From contig JADFXT010000004.1 in NCBI GenBank assembly GCA_015233405.1, positions 36,470-100,469 on the forward strand: a stretch of DNA of 64,000 bases. The letters are read 5' to 3'. Of the stretch, positions 63,488 to 64,000 are shown one piece after another. The translations under genes were made by a program, and so were the position numbers. The notes below the pieces were generated by a model that worked only from the letters and a program-made list of their open reading frames with translations, made no database searches and was not told where the DNA came from. Origin of the DNA: Candidatus Omnitrophota bacterium. Lineage in GTDB: Bacteria > Omnitrophota > Gorgyraeia > Zapsychrales > Zapsychraceae. Within the stretch, counting starts at the first letter, position 1. The number at the start of each line of letters is the position of its first letter.

Positions 63488-64000
63488 CTATTTCCCTAAT
63501 ACCACTTCCCCTAGCTCAAACACCGGGCCGTCGTGGCACACGGTTTTATAGCCATGGATAGTCGCTGTTGCACAACCTAAACACACACCCACGCCACACG
63601 CCATGACCTCTTCTAATGACGCCTGGCCTTTAAGTTGATGTTTATTCGCAAAATCCTGAACAGCTTTGATCATCGGCTTAGGCCCGCAGGTATAAATATA
63701 AGTTGAAGCATCAGGAATTATCTTCGAAAACAACTCCGATACGCGACCCTTTGTGCCGACGCTTCCATCGTCGGTGGAAATATAAATCTTGCAGCCGTTA
63801 TCCTTATACGCCTTTAAGCTGAAAATGTGGTCCTTGGTCCGGCCGCCGTACAATAAAATAATTTCGTATTTCTTTTTTAATTGATCCGTCAAGGCCAAAA
63901 AAGGCGCCACACCCATGCCGCCAGCGACGATTGCAACTTTTTTTATTCCTTGAGGAGGCAACATGAAGCCATTACCCAGCGGGCCTAAAATATCCAAATT
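63488..64000 (-). CDS. pyrK: Dihydroorotate dehydrogenase electron-transfer subunit PyrK, 5' end outside window
   Basis: The frame stays open to the window edge. It has an FAD/NAD-binding region (VAIVAGGMGVAPF) and a C-terminal [2Fe-2S] motif MACGVGVCLGC...C. Confidence 0.85.
   Translation of the reverse strand, partial: NLDILGPLGNGFMLPPQGIKKVAIVAGGMGVAPFLALTDQLKKKYEIILLYGGRTKDHIFSLKAYKDNGCKIYISTDDGSVGTKGRVSELFSKIIPDASTYIYTCGPKPMIKAVQDFANKHQLKGQASLEEVMACGVGVCLGCATATIHGYKTVCHDGPVFELGEVVLGK

Noticed and set aside
1-64000. CRISPR arrays, transposases, integrases, prophage or toxin-antitoxin/defence gene clusters.
   Set aside because: Reading both strands, I found no direct-repeat/spacer arrays, no DDE/tyrosine/serine recombinase-like ORFs and no phage structural genes. 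The two tRNA genes are not flanked by integrase genes or obvious att-like duplications.

Overview
This is a gene-dense, moderately AT-rich bacterial chromosomal segment. I saw no rRNA, CRISPR array, transposase, integrase or phage genes. Most genes lie on the minus strand in long co-directional arrays.

Recognisable content:
- Thiamine-thiazole operon thiS-thiG-thiH-(HPF-like)-thiF.
- tRNA-modification genes mnmG and mnmE.
- A LacI-linked oligosaccharide utilisation locus (about 7.4-23 kb). It holds a CBM-like lipoprotein, a GPH symporter, secreted TPR-like proteins, a secreted clan GH-A hydrolase, a sugar ABC importer and a GH94-like phosphorylase.
- Three PilZ (c-di-GMP receptor) proteins.
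- Housekeeping genes: folC, purH, rpsU, nth, era, pabB, purU, pyrF, pyrD, pyrK.
- tRNA-Asp(GTC) and tRNA-Val(TAC).
- An ECF sigma / anti-sigma / Spy-like envelope module.

The most unusual region is 45.7-55.3 kb. One apparent operon starts at a sigma70-like promoter and a structured leader. It encodes a SulP anion transporter, a small HTH+PTS-EIIA(Ntr)-like protein and a six-gene complex-I-like cluster of the energy-converting-hydrogenase-related (Ehr) type. The large subunit lacks all four [NiFe] cysteine ligands, and no electron-input or maturation genes are nearby.

Other candidates:
- A lysine-2,3-aminomutase plus non-canonical Ddl-like ATP-grasp pair behind a terminator-containing leader.
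- A roughly 130-aa TPR-like module with a W-x-P signature, present three to four times in two adjacent secreted proteins.
- A PilZ-TM-coiled-coil-(alpha/alpha)-toroid fusion.
- A dispersed palindromic TTCGAAAT-type intergenic element.

The lineage guess is an uncultivated anaerobe of PVC/Omnitrophota-like type, and it is only an impression. All calls come from reading the translations and sequence by eye; no searches were run.
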